Shown in pieces: positions 38,565 to 48,773 of a DNA stretch of 54,305 nucleotides (the stretch's first letter is position 1; each line of letters starts with the position of its first letter). The position numbers were made by a program, and so were the translations under genes. The notes beneath the pieces are model-generated. The model searched no databases. It had not been told where the DNA came from and saw only the letters and a program-made list of their open reading frames with translations. The DNA comes from Actinomycetes bacterium (GTDB lineage Bacteria; Armatimonadota; SYMT01): contig JANPLG010000164.1 of assembly GCA_031426395.1 (NCBI GenBank), forward strand, positions 1 to 54,305. Direction: 5' to 3'.

Positions 38565-39305
38565 ATGCGAATTGCCTGTTCCGCCACCGCTTTCCCCTCC
38601 GATTCCCTCGACCGGGCCATCCAGAAGGTTGCCTGGGCCGGCTATGGCGGCGTGGAACTGACTCTTGATGGCCCTGATCTCCCGGATGAAGAATCTCTCC
38701 GACAGCGCTTGCAGGTCGAGGAGTTGGAGCTGACTTCGCTCTACGCGGGAAGCATCCCGGCGGGACAGGACTCGGCGGCAATGGAAGAATTGGTCCGCGT
38801 CGGCCGCGTCGCGGCGATGGCCCGGGCTCTGCATGGCAGTGTGGTGGTGGTGAGCGCACCTGCGGCCGGCAAGTTGCCTGCACTGGCCGGCGCCCTCGCG
38901 CTCCTTGATCGGGCGCTTGGCGGAACGGACGTGGACCTGGCGCTCGTCAACCGCGCCGGCACGCTTCTGGAGAAACCGCAAGACTTCACCATGCTCTGGG
39001 ACGCAGGGTTGCCGGAGCGTGTCGGCATCGCGCTGGACCCCGGTGCAGCGCACGATGCCGATTGGGACGCGGCGGAACTCGATACGCTCCCCGTCCTTCC
39101 CCGCCACGTCTACCTCACTGACCGTCGCGGCACTCAGCCGGTCCCCGCCGGTGACGGCGAGATCCATCTCTCGGCGATCGTGGATGCCCTGCGCGTGCGC
39201 GGCTACTCCGGCGCGCTCTGCCTCAAGCTCGAAGGTGCCGATCCGTGGTCCGTCGAGCCGGTAGTTAAAGAGATCCGCGAACTCTCCGCCGCCTGGCTTG
39301 GCTAG
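38565..39305 (+). CDS. Xylose isomerase-like TIM-barrel protein (metal ligands degenerate)
   Basis: AGYGGVEL, ALD.G, HV.L.D, G.GEI and GYSGAL. Confidence 0.75.
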   Translation: MRIACSATAFPSDSLDRAIQKVAWAGYGGVELTLDGPDLPDEESLRQRLQVEELELTSLYAGSIPAGQDSAAMEELVRVGRVAAMARALHGSVVVVSAPAAGKLPALAGALALLDRALGGTDVDLALVNRAGTLLEKPQDFTMLWDAGLPERVGIALDPGAAHDADWDAAELDTLPVLPRHVYLTDRRGTQPVPAGDGEIHLSAIVDALRVRGYSGALCLKLEGADPWSVEPVVKEIRELSAAWLG

Positions 39306-39330
39306 ACATGCGGGGGGCGCCACCGACGCC

Positions 39331-40578
39331 TTACTGTGCGGGAACCTCGTCCCGCCAGCCGCGCCAGAGCCAGCGGAGGCTGTCCGGCAGGATGGCCTGG
39401 CCGTGCTTGCCGCTGTGAAAGCCCTGGCCCCACACCAGCTTGTAGTCGTAACCGGAGTATGCGAAAGCCTTCGCCATGGTCAGGTTGGCTAGCGGCCAGT
39501 TCCCGTTGGCGTTGTCGAGGTCGTTCTCCCCGTCCTGTAAGAAGACGCGGATCAGCTTGCGCGGGGTCTTGCGGATAAGCGCCGGGTAGTTGTGGCCGCC
39601 CTCCCGCATGGTGGCCCCGTGCTGGATGTTGGTGAAGCTTCCGACCCATGAAAGAACCTTGCTGAAATCCGCAGGGCGCTCCCAAGCGGCGGTGAAGGCG
39701 CAGATCCCGCCGCTGCTGCTCCCCGCGATCGCACGACCCGCACCGTCCTTCCGCAGCTTCACGCTCTTTTCCACCTCCGGCAGAATCTCTTCTAGAAGAA
39801 AGCGGGCGTACTGGTCGGAGAGGGTGTCGTACTCCCTGCTACGATTGGAACCGCCGCTGGACAACGTTCCCGGCTGGATGAACACGCCAACCGTCACCGG
39901 CATATCGCCCTGGTGGATCAGGTTATCGAGCATGGTGGGAACGTAGCCGCGCGGTCCGGCACCGTCCTGGAAGATCATCACGGCAGCAGGCTTGTCCGCG
40001 GTGTACTGGGCGGGGACATAGACCCACCAGTCGCGGGTGGTCCCTGCGAAGACCTTGCTCTCCCAGCGCGGCATCTGCTTCACGGTGCCCTTTGGGACGC
40101 CGGGACGCTCCTTGCTGTCGGGGTGGTTGAGGTAGACCTCCAACTGTCCGCCGCCATGCCGCTCCGCGCCCTGAACACGCCCACCCTGACGCGTTCCGCC
40201 GACCTCGTACTGCCAGCGGAAAGCGCGGCCATCCGGGAGAGTAGTCGCCGCTGCCCAGACGCCGCTGGTGCCGATCCGCTCCAGCGGCAGGGTGAAGCTG
40301 CCGTCGTCGGAGATCACCCGGACTGGCCCGGGATGCTCAGGGAGTTCCACGGCCCAGGCCACGTCCACCTCGTCCACGCGCGGCTGCGGATACTTCGCGA
40401 GGCTGGCACCCCATGCCGACCGTATCTGTGTCGCGAGGCGGTCGGCGTCCGCCCCCGTCGGCTTCGACGAGAGCGCACGGCTCAGGGTGCGGGGAGTCAG
40501 TCGCGTCTCCTGCGCCTGGGAGGCGGAGATGAGGCCGAGGGCGAGCAGCGAGACGGTGAGCGCGGGGTGGGGTCGCAT
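39331..40578 (-). CDS. Secreted esterase (enterochelin esterase-like alpha/beta hydrolase)
   Basis: WVYVPAQY, IFQDG, NRSREYD, nucleophile AGSSSGG and QDGENDL. Confidence 0.9.
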   Translation of the reverse strand: MRPHPALTVSLLALGLISASQAQETRLTPRTLSRALSSKPTGADADRLATQIRSAWGASLAKYPQPRVDEVDVAWAVELPEHPGPVRVISDDGSFTLPLERIGTSGVWAAATTLPDGRAFRWQYEVGGTRQGGRVQGAERHGGGQLEVYLNHPDSKERPGVPKGTVKQMPRWESKVFAGTTRDWWVYVPAQYTADKPAAVMIFQDGAGPRGYVPTMLDNLIHQGDMPVTVGVFIQPGTLSSGGSNRSREYDTLSDQYARFLLEEILPEVEKSVKLRKDGAGRAIAGSSSGGICAFTAAWERPADFSKVLSWVGSFTNIQHGATMREGGHNYPALIRKTPRKLIRVFLQDGENDLDNANGNWPLANLTMAKAFAYSGYDYKLVWGQGFHSGKHGQAILPDSLRWLWRGWRDEVPAQ

Positions 40579-40638
40579 ATGTGTAAGGGGTGGGATGGCG
40601 GGCCGACCCGGAACCGGCAATTCGGTAAACGTTAGAAA

Positions 40639-40761
40639 TCACCGCAGAGACGCGGAGTGCGCAGAGGTCAGACACCTAATCAGAGGAGCTCACTCGTTCC
40701 TGTCCAACACGAGCCGCCGTGCATTCCGATGCCTCCCTGCGTCCTCTGCGCCTCTGCGGTT
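40639..40761. repeat. Inverted repeat of the (CGCAGAG)n type
   Basis: accgcagagacgcggagtgcgcagagg versus cctccctgcgtcctctgcgcctctgcggt. Confidence 0.75.
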
Positions 40762-40794
40762 CCAACCTCGATTGGGATGTGAAGCGATTCCGGC

Positions 40795-41829
40795 TCACCC
40801 CTTGCCCGCACCAGGCGGTGGAGCTTGCCGGATTGCCGGCGCAGCCACGCCTTCGCCACGGCGTTCCTCCGGTAGCCAGCCATTCGCTGGGTAGTCGAGG
40901 CCGTAGGCGTCCGCCATGCGGTTGAAGAAGGCGAAGAGCGAGGTGATGAATGAGGCTTCGAAGATCTGCTCATCGGTCCAGCCGACCTTCCGCAGCCCTT
41001 CCACGTCTCCGTCCCGGACCCGGGCAGGCGTCAGCGTCAGCGCCTTGACGTAGTCCATCAGCGCCCGCTCCTTCTCCGGCAGCTTGGCGATGTCGATCTT
41101 CCCGGTAGCGATGGCGTCCACTTCGTTCTTGTTTTGACCCTGCAACTGCAGGTTACGGGCGTGTGCGCCCAGTCAAAACTTGCACTCGTTGAGCGCCGAG
41201 ACGTGGGTGGCTATCATCTCCTTGACGCGCCGGTCCAGGAAGCCGTCGGAGAAGTGGGCCTTGCGGGCCAGGTCGTTGATGGAGAAGAGGAAATCCGGGG
41301 CCAGGCTCATCGTCTTCATGATGCCGCCCTTCAGACGACGGCCCATGACCTTCTCGATCTGCTGCATCCGGGGATCGTCATCCGCCGCCCAATCGATGCG
41401 CATCACGTCGGCCGCCTTGCGGACCGCCGTCTGGATGGCGGCGGCATCGGAACTGCGCGTCACCAGCCGTCCGCGACGGTCGTAGACCATCGCCGTGGGC
41501 GTCTCGGTCACTTGATACTGCTTGACCAGCGGTTCGGTGCCGGAGCGAACCGGGATCCATCGCAGCCCGATCCGCCCCGCCAGCTCCTTCTCGAAGCCCG
41601 CCGCGAAGGAGCGCTCCGTGGCGCTGCCGGGCCGGTAGAAGAGGAAGAGGGTCGGCATTTCCGGTGCTCGCCGGGAGACCAGCGCCAGCTCGCGCTCCGG
41701 GGTGATCTCGCGGACCGCCGAGGCGGGCGCGGCGGGGATCGGCACCGCGGGAACCTGCGGGGCGGCCGTGGCCACACCCGTGGACGCCAACAGCAGCGAC
41801 AGCGCGCCGCCGAACAACAAGGCTCGCAT
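40795..41829 (-). CDS. Probable selenoprotein: signal peptide + thioredoxin-like fold + AhpD/CMD-like domain with CxxU
   Basis: The in-frame TGA at 41173-41175 reads KEMIATHVSALNECKF-U-LGAHARNL..., joining two same-frame ORFs into one AhpD-like domain. Confidence 0.8.
41139..41172 (-). promoter_or_regulatory. Candidate bacterial SECIS hairpin(s)
   Basis: After UGA: GGGCG-CACA-CGCCC, then CCUGC-AGUU-GCAGG; the second loop starts 25 nt after the UGA with G at loop position 2. Confidence 0.5.
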
Positions 41830-41832
41830 GAG

Positions 41833-42681
41833 TTAGTTCTCCCGGAACCACGCCTGCGCGTTGGGCGAAAGGGACTTGCGGTAGGCCACGGCGGACCCAG
41901 GTAGATGCCAGGCGTCGGGTCCCCGGAACCACTTGGCGTGGCCGTCCGCCAGGAGGTAAACTCCACCGCCGTTGTGCTTGAAGCGGGCCGCGCAGTAGGC
42001 CGCCGCGCTTCCCTGGTTGACCGGGACCGCCGTCATTCCCTCTTCGCTTCCGGTGCAATTGCTTGTCATGTCGTCCCCACCTACCGCCGGCCGCGTCCCG
42101 AGTCCGTGGGCAAGCAAGACTACCGAGGCCGGGGCTGACACCGAGGCCAGGCTGGCTGGCTGGGGTCCGGGAAACCACGGATTGCCGGGCAGCAGGCTGC
42201 GGTTGGCCATCGGTACTAGCCAGCCGTTGGCTACATAGCTCATCGCGGATGTCACCTGGGCTGCCGGGAAGGCGGGAACCGCCGGACTGCCAGTGCGCAT
42301 CGGCACGGAAGTGTCGGAAAAGCTGGGGCACTGGTAGAAGGTGCGCTGCGTTCCCGGCGTGAAGCCGAACCCCGCGGCGCCCACCTTGACGTACGGCTCC
42401 AGCAGATCATAGAAGGTGACCTGCCCGGCACCCAGATTTGACGCAGCCCAGGGAAAGCTCTCATCGTAGTCCTGGGAATACATCCCAAAGGCGATGCCAA
42501 CCTGCCGCATATTGCTGGTGCACGAGGCCTTGCGAGCCGCCGACCGTGCCTGGGCGAAGACCGGGAAGAGGATCGCGGCCAGGATGGCGATGATAGCGAT
42601 CACCACGAGCAGCTCAATCAGGGTGAAGCCCCGGCTGCGGATGGCCCGTCCGGAGGTGAGTTTCAGGTAGAGGGACGACAT
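41833..42681 (-). CDS. Prepilin-type N-terminal cleavage/methylation protein (DUF1559-like, H-X9-DG)
   Basis: [44 protein letters not shown] and [16 protein letters not shown]. Confidence 0.95.
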   Translation of the reverse strand: MSSLYLKLTSGRAIRSRGFTLIELLVVIAIIAILAAILFPVFAQARSAARKASCTSNMRQVGIAFGMYSQDYDESFPWAASNLGAGQVTFYDLLEPYVKVGAAGFGFTPGTQRTFYQCPSFSDTSVPMRTGSPAVPAFPAAQVTSAMSYVANGWLVPMANRSLLPGNPWFPGPQPASLASVSAPASVVLLAHGLGTRPAVGGDDMTSNCTGSEEGMTAVPVNQGSAAAYCAARFKHNGGGVYLLADGHAKWFRGPDAWHLPGSAVAYRKSLSPNAQAWFREN

Positions 42682-42859
42682 GACGAGTTCACTCCGGGAC
42701 GAAGAAGCCACAGCGCTCCTCGGGTCTGAAGCTACTCTACCAGCGGACGAACCTCCTCACCGTTAAGACCGGTTAAGGATAGTTCCGCAGAGGACTTTCA
42801 CGCCATAAACCACCCGCGATGGCTCCTAACCCCCGCATCCGGGGACGCAGGCGGGAGCT

Positions 42860-44986
42860 TCAGCGGGTTTGCCTCTCGATGCGCAGCCAGTTGGGTTCAT
42901 TCCGAAGCATCCGGACGACCGTCTCCGCGAAGGTCCAGCGTTCCGGTTCTGCGGTGGTGAGAACGACACGGGTCCGCTCCGCAGCCATCGCGAGGGCGGC
43001 CGGGTGGTCGAGGACCTTGAGGCTGTTCAGGAAGTACGGCCCTTGCATCGCGCTGGTCGGGAGTCCATCGAGCACCAGGCCGGAGAGGTCCTGCTCGAAG
43101 AGTGAGGCATAGAGGGCGATGCCCGCCATGCGTCCTTCGCCGCGAACGGTGATGCGGGACCCGCCGAGCGACGGCTCTGATCGCAGAGTCTGAATCGCCC
43201 TTCGGAGATCCCAGACGCGCATGGTGTCCAGGCTTTGGCCGAGCAGGTAGAAACGCCGCTCCACATGGACCTTCTTCTGGGGATCACCGCTCCATGCGGT
43301 GGGACCTATGCCCCGGGGGGCCAGCCAGGCAGTCGCACCCCGCGCCGAGCGGACCTGCTGCCGCAGCGCCTCCCACCCCGCCTTGGAGGGGGGAAGGGAG
43401 CTGAGGACGGCTGACGGGATCTCCTCGGACGCAAGCTGCGACTCCAGCGCCGGATGGACCTGCGCCAGCCATCGCAGCCAGTGCGCCTCATCCTGCACGT
43501 TGATCTGGATCTCTTCCTGCTTCGCCACGACCGCGCGGGAGGCGATGTAGATGCGGAGCGGCACGTTCTCCTGGCTGCGGAAATCGACCGCGGTGAGGCG
43601 GACGCCGTCCTTCTGGATCGTGAAGGGGCGCTTGGCCTCGACCGGCCCCTCGTCCGTCGGCCACCCCGCGAACGACTCCTGCCGAAGCCGTGCCAGCCAG
43701 CCGTCGCGAGTCCGTGCCCACTCGTCCTTGGAGGTGGGAACGGCAGGCTCTCCGGCGGCTGGGACGAAGCTGGCGTGAATCTGTGTGTTGCGCTGATCCT
43801 CCGGAAGCTTTCCGAGCACCTTGAGTTGCTCCGACTGAAAGAACTTCTCCGCCGCAGTGGTGACGAGTGGGTCCTCACCCTTCAGCCAGCGGTTGAACCA
43901 CCGGAGCGCGGGGACCTGAAGGTCCTGCGTGTCCTTGTGAGGCCCCTCGGTGATGAGCAGCCCGAGGCGGTCCTTCGCGCCGAGCTGGTTGTAGAGGCGG
44001 CGGACCTTCTCATGCGTGCGGATCACGCCGCTGAGCGGGAAGATCGGGTCCTGGTCCGTGTTCGAGAGCAGCAGGGGACGGGGTGCGACCATCGCGGCAA
44101 GCTGAGGATAGTCCCAGCGGTAGCTGTTCACGAAGAACATGCAGTCGCAGTGCCCCTCCACCACGCCGTCAACGACGTGATTCTGGAGGTCGGTGATGCC
44201 CGCGACCGGGACGGCGGCTTTGACCCGCTCATCCAGCGCCGCCACGAACCAGGAGTAGGCGCCGCCCCCGGAGCGGCCCGTCACCCCGATCTTCTCCCCG
44301 TTGACCTCGGGACGCGATTGGAGGTAATCGATGGCGCGCATGCCGTTCCACGCTTCCACCCCGCCTGGGGTGTAGCCGCGCGCGAGCCACCACCACATCC
44401 CTTCGCGGTAGGTGCCGTGATGGAGGCCCTCAATCTCACCAAGCTGCAGCGTGTCGAGGATCAGGCAGACGTAGCCGTTGCGGGCGAGCCATCCGCCGTG
44501 GTGCTGGTAGAAGCTCTTGGAGCCGTAGCTGACACTGTCCTTCTTGTTGTTGCCGTGGCCGCACACGTAAAGGATGGCCGGCAGCTTGCCCTGTCGCTGC
44601 TTCGGGACGTAGAGATTGCCGGTGACGTAAAGCCCCGGCCGGCTCTGGAAGACGAGCTTCTCCACCACGAAATCAGGGTGATCCACGCGACCCGTGATCT
44701 CCGGTTTGAGATCGGTGCGCGGCGGAAGCGGCTCTAAGCCCAGCATCTCCCGAAGCTGGCGGCGATACTCGTCCTTGCGGCTGTTCCAGTCGTCTGCTGA
44801 ATTGATCTCCGCTAGGGATCGCTTCTCCAGGCGAGCCGTTTCGGTCTTGAAGTAATCGGCCAGGAGGCGGTCACCGCGCGTGGGGGCAGGCGGCACCTTC
44901 GCCTGCTGCGCCAAAACCCCCGAACCGGTGAGCAGAACGGCGAGGACCAAAGCGGCTTGCGCCAATGAGGGGACGAGGGAACGCAT
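42860..44986 (-). CDS. Secreted acetylxylan esterase-like alpha/beta hydrolase
   Basis: FQSRPGLYVTGNLY, CGH, RAIDYL, GRSGGG and APRPLL. Confidence 0.88.
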   Translation of the reverse strand: MRSLVPSLAQAALVLAVLLTGSGVLAQQAKVPPAPTRGDRLLADYFKTETARLEKRSLAEINSADDWNSRKDEYRRQLREMLGLEPLPPRTDLKPEITGRVDHPDFVVEKLVFQSRPGLYVTGNLYVPKQRQGKLPAILYVCGHGNNKKDSVSYGSKSFYQHHGGWLARNGYVCLILDTLQLGEIEGLHHGTYREGMWWWLARGYTPGGVEAWNGMRAIDYLQSRPEVNGEKIGVTGRSGGGAYSWFVAALDERVKAAVPVAGITDLQNHVVDGVVEGHCDCMFFVNSYRWDYPQLAAMVAPRPLLLSNTDQDPIFPLSGVIRTHEKVRRLYNQLGAKDRLGLLITEGPHKDTQDLQVPALRWFNRWLKGEDPLVTTAAEKFFQSEQLKVLGKLPEDQRNTQIHASFVPAAGEPAVPTSKDEWARTRDGWLARLRQESFAGWPTDEGPVEAKRPFTIQKDGVRLTAVDFRSQENVPLRIYIASRAVVAKQEEIQINVQDEAHWLRWLAQVHPALESQLASEEIPSAVLSSLPPSKAGWEALRQQVRSARGATAWLAPRGIGPTAWSGDPQKKVHVERRFYLLGQSLDTMRVWDLRRAIQTLRSEPSLGGSRITVRGEGRMAGIALYASLFEQDLSGLVLDGLPTSAMQGPYFLNSLKVLDHPAALAMAAERTRVVLTTAEPERWTFAETVVRMLRNEPNWLRIERQTR

Positions 44987-45133
44987 GGAAGGCTCCGGGC
45001 GGTGACGCGCGAAAGTTGACCCAACGCACTGAGATTCCGCCTCTCCCGCGCAACTCCTGCCGCTACATTGCTCGGAGACGGAATCACCCGTTAGGATGGT
45101 GAAACTCCGTCCACCAGAAGACGGGTCTGCTTT

Positions 45134-45203
45134 CAGCCCGCAGAGCGGGGTTCGCGTGAATAGGCGTCGGGTTCAGCCGATGCCGGGCACAGCCGCTCGC
45201 AAC
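45134..45203. repeat. REP-like element, copy 2 (copy 1 at 28755)
   Basis: Near-identical 70-nt sequence. Confidence 0.85.
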
Positions 45204-45256
45204 TCACTCGCTTGAAGACCTGAGATGCCGCGCTTCAGTGGACAACTAACCGACCG

Positions 45257-46063
45257 CTATCGAGAAGCCTGGGACATTGGGGCAATAGGACGAGCATCGC
45301 GCGCTTTGAAGGCGTAGAGCGCGACCGCGAGCGTGTCTCCCACCCGCAATGGCTTGCCATCCATCGCGGACGAGTGGCAGCGGACGCACTCGCGGGTACC
45401 CGCCACGATGGGCCGAGCCGTCACCGACCACATTCCAACACGAGTGGGCTTTTCACTTTCCGTCTCGCCGCCCGCAAGCGCCTCAATTCCCGCTCGTTCC
45501 TTCTCCTCGTGCGACGGAGGTGTCGAACCGGTCTCCGAGGTGAGGATGAGCGGGTCCCGCGAGAGGCGGACGCCCTTTCGGCCTCCCAGGAACCGCGAAA
45601 CCAGGCCTTGTTTCTTGGACGGAACCCGGGTGGCGATGGCGACGGCACTCTCCCAGCCCGCGTGGTCCAGGGCCTTCACCGGATCGTAGTCATCGGCAAC
45701 GCGGACGCTGTCCCAGCGAGCGGGCCGGACCGGATCCCGGCGACGGACCCACGTCCCCCGCATCGGCCCCTCTGCGACAATCTGCGGCGCAGGCATCAAG
45801 GTGCCATGTCCGGCCACCTGACGGTCCTGGAGCACCCGGCTAGTCCCGAAGACACCCCTTATCAGGTCGAAGTACGCAAAACGGATCTGCACCGCCTCAT
45901 CCAGGTCCGCGACCAGCCGGTCAGGCGGGAAAGAAACGGGAGTAATTGCGGCAACTCTTTCGGGCGGCCAGAGCGCCCGCTCCAGCAGGCGGTATCCAAC
46001 AGCCATGACGCCGCAGACGGTTAGCGCTCCAATCGCTCCCAGCACAAGCGAGGTTCGTGCCAT
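45257..46063 (-). CDS. Membrane-anchored c-type heme protein (DUF3365/Tll0287-like C-terminus)
   Basis: N-terminal transmembrane helix; ARPIVAGTRECVRCH..LRVGDTLAV. Confidence 0.7.
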   Translation of the reverse strand: MARTSLVLGAIGALTVCGVMAVGYRLLERALWPPERVAAITPVSFPPDRLVADLDEAVQIRFAYFDLIRGVFGTSRVLQDRQVAGHGTLMPAPQIVAEGPMRGTWVRRRDPVRPARWDSVRVADDYDPVKALDHAGWESAVAIATRVPSKKQGLVSRFLGGRKGVRLSRDPLILTSETGSTPPSHEEKERAGIEALAGGETESEKPTRVGMWSVTARPIVAGTRECVRCHSSAMDGKPLRVGDTLAVALYAFKARDARPIAPMSQASR

Positions 46064-46158
46064 GTCATCCCTCAACTGTGTGGCCCCAACGAAACTGAGG
46101 TGTTCTCGTTAGAGGCGCGGCCAGAGTGAAGGTTACGCTCTCAGAGGAATCCCGGAGT

Positions 46159-47304
46159 TCACTTCGCAGCCGCTTTGCCCCAGCCCATCGGTGGGCCGTA
46201 CTTCTCCAGGTCGGTGACCAGGTGGAGGCAGTGGTCGTCCGCGTGGAGCGAGCGGGCCGCTAAGGAGACCTTCTTGGGGAATGGCTTCCCACCGGCCTCG
46301 GTATAGGCCTTCTCCACTTGTGCGGGGAAGAAGTCGCCGACGTAGCGGGAGATTCGCGGGTTTTTGAGGACGGCGGCCTTCACCGCGTTGACCTGCCCCA
46401 TCGCCGCCGCCGGGCTGCGGTGGGTGGTGACGAGCTTCTTTCCCGCATCCCGCAGCGTCACGAAGTAAAGCCGCTGGTCCGCGAGGAGCGTGCCGTCCGC
46501 CACCGGACCATGCCCCGGCGCGACGATACGCGGCTTGAGACGCTGTGCCGCTTCCAACGTCTTGATCCAGTCCCCGATGTTGCCATCGCCGGTGTAGTTG
46601 TAGGGACCGTTGACGCAGGCGTCGCCGGAGAAGAGGATGCGCTCCTTGGGAAGCCAGGCCCAGCCATCACCCCGCGTGTGGGCCACGCCGAGGTAGTGCA
46701 GCTCAACGCGGTGCTTGCCGTCATCGAAGTGCATCTCCTTGGGGAAGAGGAGGGTCGGCGGCTGCAGCTTGCTCGCGGCGATGTCCGGGCGGCCCTTCGC
46801 TTCCTCCCACCGGCCTGGCTTGCCGCCGTAGTAGCCGGTCTCGTACTTCTTCATCTCTTCCAGCGCGGCTGCGGTCGCAACCGGGACCGCGCCGTTGTCG
46901 ACCCAGAACTGGTTGCCGTAGGCGTGGTCCCCGTGGTGGTGCGTATCGAACGCGAAGCGTACGGGGCGGTCGGTCTGCCCCTGGATCTTGGGAAGGATCA
47001 CCTGCGCGCCGGATGGGAAGTTGGCGTCCACCACCAGGACGTAGTCGTCAAAGACGACCCAGCCGTTGTTGCAGTGACCGCCACCCTTGAGATCGCCTTC
47101 ATGGAAGAAGACGCCGGGTGCCAGGGTCTTCACTTGGTTCACCCGCGAGGGCGCCTTCGCTGGAACCAGCGTGTCGGGAGCGGAACCCGTTCCCGCCTGC
47201 GACGCCGCCGGCCGCAGCCAGAGAGCACCCGCCACGCCCAGCGCACCCAAACCCACGGCAGCGCCGGTTCCAATCCGCTTCACCAACTGCTGGCTGATTG
47301 CCAT
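46159..47304 (-). CDS. MBL-fold metallo-hydrolase (cyclase-like), exported
   Basis: THHHGDHAYGN, AHTRGD, FSGD and PGHG. Confidence 0.93.
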   Translation of the reverse strand: MAISQQLVKRIGTGAAVGLGALGVAGALWLRPAASQAGTGSAPDTLVPAKAPSRVNQVKTLAPGVFFHEGDLKGGGHCNNGWVVFDDYVLVVDANFPSGAQVILPKIQGQTDRPVRFAFDTHHHGDHAYGNQFWVDNGAVPVATAAALEEMKKYETGYYGGKPGRWEEAKGRPDIAASKLQPPTLLFPKEMHFDDGKHRVELHYLGVAHTRGDGWAWLPKERILFSGDACVNGPYNYTGDGNIGDWIKTLEAAQRLKPRIVAPGHGPVADGTLLADQRLYFVTLRDAGKKLVTTHRSPAAAMGQVNAVKAAVLKNPRISRYVGDFFPAQVEKAYTEAGGKPFPKKVSLAARSLHADDHCLHLVTDLEKYGPPMGWGKAAAK

Positions 47305-47525
47305 GGTTCCCACTCCGAAATCGTTGAGCGGTGTGATCGCCGCTTCAGCAGACGGTTCCACAAGCGGGCCGCCAACTCCTATCCGAGCGGTCCGCCAACC
47401 TGTTGCACGTTACGCTTGGCCAACACCATCGTCCTCAAACAACTACTCTCGAATGCGAATTCCCGCCACCAGCCCCAGCACGCTCCGCCAACCTCGGCCC
47501 ACCGTCACAACACGTTGCGAAGCCT

Positions 47526-47552
47526 GCATTCTGCATTCTGCATTCTGAATTC
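47526..47552. repeat. Heptamer array (GCATTCT)n
   Basis: gcattctgcattctgcattctgaattc, abutting the stop codon of the racemase gene. Confidence 0.8.
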
Positions 47553-48684
47553 ACCCCACGAGTTTCATCCCACCCGTATGCCGCGCGATCCCTTCGGCGC
47601 TCCAACGGAAACCGAGGCCGGGACCATCCGGGATGGTGAGGAAGCCCTCCGCGTCCAGCGCTGGAGGCGTCTCGCAAAGGTCCTCGATGTAGGGCGCGGG
47701 AGTGATGTACTCCACCCAGCGCGCATTTCCCGCCGCCGCGACAAGCTGCAGGTCCGCCGCCAGGCCGACCGCCGTGTTCCAGCCGTGCGGCACGAAGAGG
47801 ATGGAGTGCTCATCCGCATACTGGGCAATCCGGTGCTCTTCCGTGATGCCGCCCACCTTGGTGACGTCCGGCTGGATGTAGTCGACCGCCCGCCGTTCGA
47901 TCCATGGAAGGAAGCTCTGCCGACGGGTCAGCACCTCGCAGCCGGCGATGGGGACGGGCGAGTGCTCCGTCAGCTTGACGTAGCCTTCGAGGTCGTCCGG
48001 CCGCAGCGCCTCCTCGAACCAGGTGATGTCGTACTGGGCCAGCATCCGCGCGGTCTGGATTGCCCATTTGTAGCCGTGCGGCCAGTAAGCGTCCGAGCCG
48101 CCGGCGTCGACCATCAGCTCCACGTCCGGCCCAACGGCCTCGCGCGCGGCTCGGACAATCGCCTCGTCCGTTCGCGCATCCCGCCGGCCGAAAGGGCCCC
48201 ACCCGATCTTGAAGGCGCGGAAGCCCCGCTCCAGGCCGGGAAGAAGGCGCTCCGCCATGCCCTCCGGCTCGGTCATCAGCAGGGAACCGTACGGCTTGAT
48301 CCGTTCGCGGCGGCGACCTCCCAGGAGGCGGCTGATCGGCTGGCCGGTGATCTTCCCCCAGAGGTCCCATAGTGCGATGTCGATGCCGGAGATGGCGTGC
48401 GTAATCGAACCGCCGCGCCCCTGCCAGAAGGTGTTCTGGTGAAGGTTCTCCGAGACCACCGCTGGGTCACACGCGGATGCGCCGATCAGGAAGGGGCGGA
48501 GCACACCCAGCGCACCCTCCACCAGCTTGCCCGAGGTGAACACCGACCCCAGGCCAGAGACCCCTTCGTCAGAGACCACCTCCAGCAAGGTGTGTAGATT
48601 CTCCTCCGGGTCGAACCCGGACGACCAGCCGCCATCCGGCGTAGCTCCGATGAGCGGTAGGACACGTAGTTCGCGGATCTTCAT
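47551..48684 (-). CDS. Mandelate racemase/muconate lactonizing enzyme family (enolase superfamily)
   Basis: AISGIDIALWDL.GK, AFKIG, LMVDA, WFEE, QPDVTKVGGITE and PHGW. Confidence 0.95.
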   Translation of the reverse strand: MKIRELRVLPLIGATPDGGWSSGFDPEENLHTLLEVVSDEGVSGLGSVFTSGKLVEGALGVLRPFLIGASACDPAVVSENLHQNTFWQGRGGSITHAISGIDIALWDLWGKITGQPISRLLGGRRRERIKPYGSLLMTEPEGMAERLLPGLERGFRAFKIGWGPFGRRDARTDEAIVRAAREAVGPDVELMVDAGGSDAYWPHGYKWAIQTARMLAQYDITWFEEALRPDDLEGYVKLTEHSPVPIAGCEVLTRRQSFLPWIERRAVDYIQPDVTKVGGITEEHRIAQYADEHSILFVPHGWNTAVGLAADLQLVAAAGNARWVEYITPAPYIEDLCETPPALDAEGFLTIPDGPGLGFRWSAEGIARHTGGMKLVG

Positions 48685-48689
48685 GAGAG

Positions 48690-48718
48690 AGGGTTCAGGG
48701 TTCAGGGTTCGGGGTTCA
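48690..48718. repeat. Heptamer array (GGGTTCA)x4
   Basis: agggttcagggttcagggttcggggttca, immediately upstream of the racemase start. Confidence 0.85.
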
Positions 48719-48773
48719 GTCTTGGGCCGAAGCCCTTGGTCTGCAATGAGGGGTGGTTCGGAAACCCCGTAGG

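Noticed and set aside
46318-48372. Long alternative-strand ORFs (also 4596-6278, 8279-9628, 43454-44737)
   Set aside because: Antisense shadows of well-supported genes, expected in high-GC DNA
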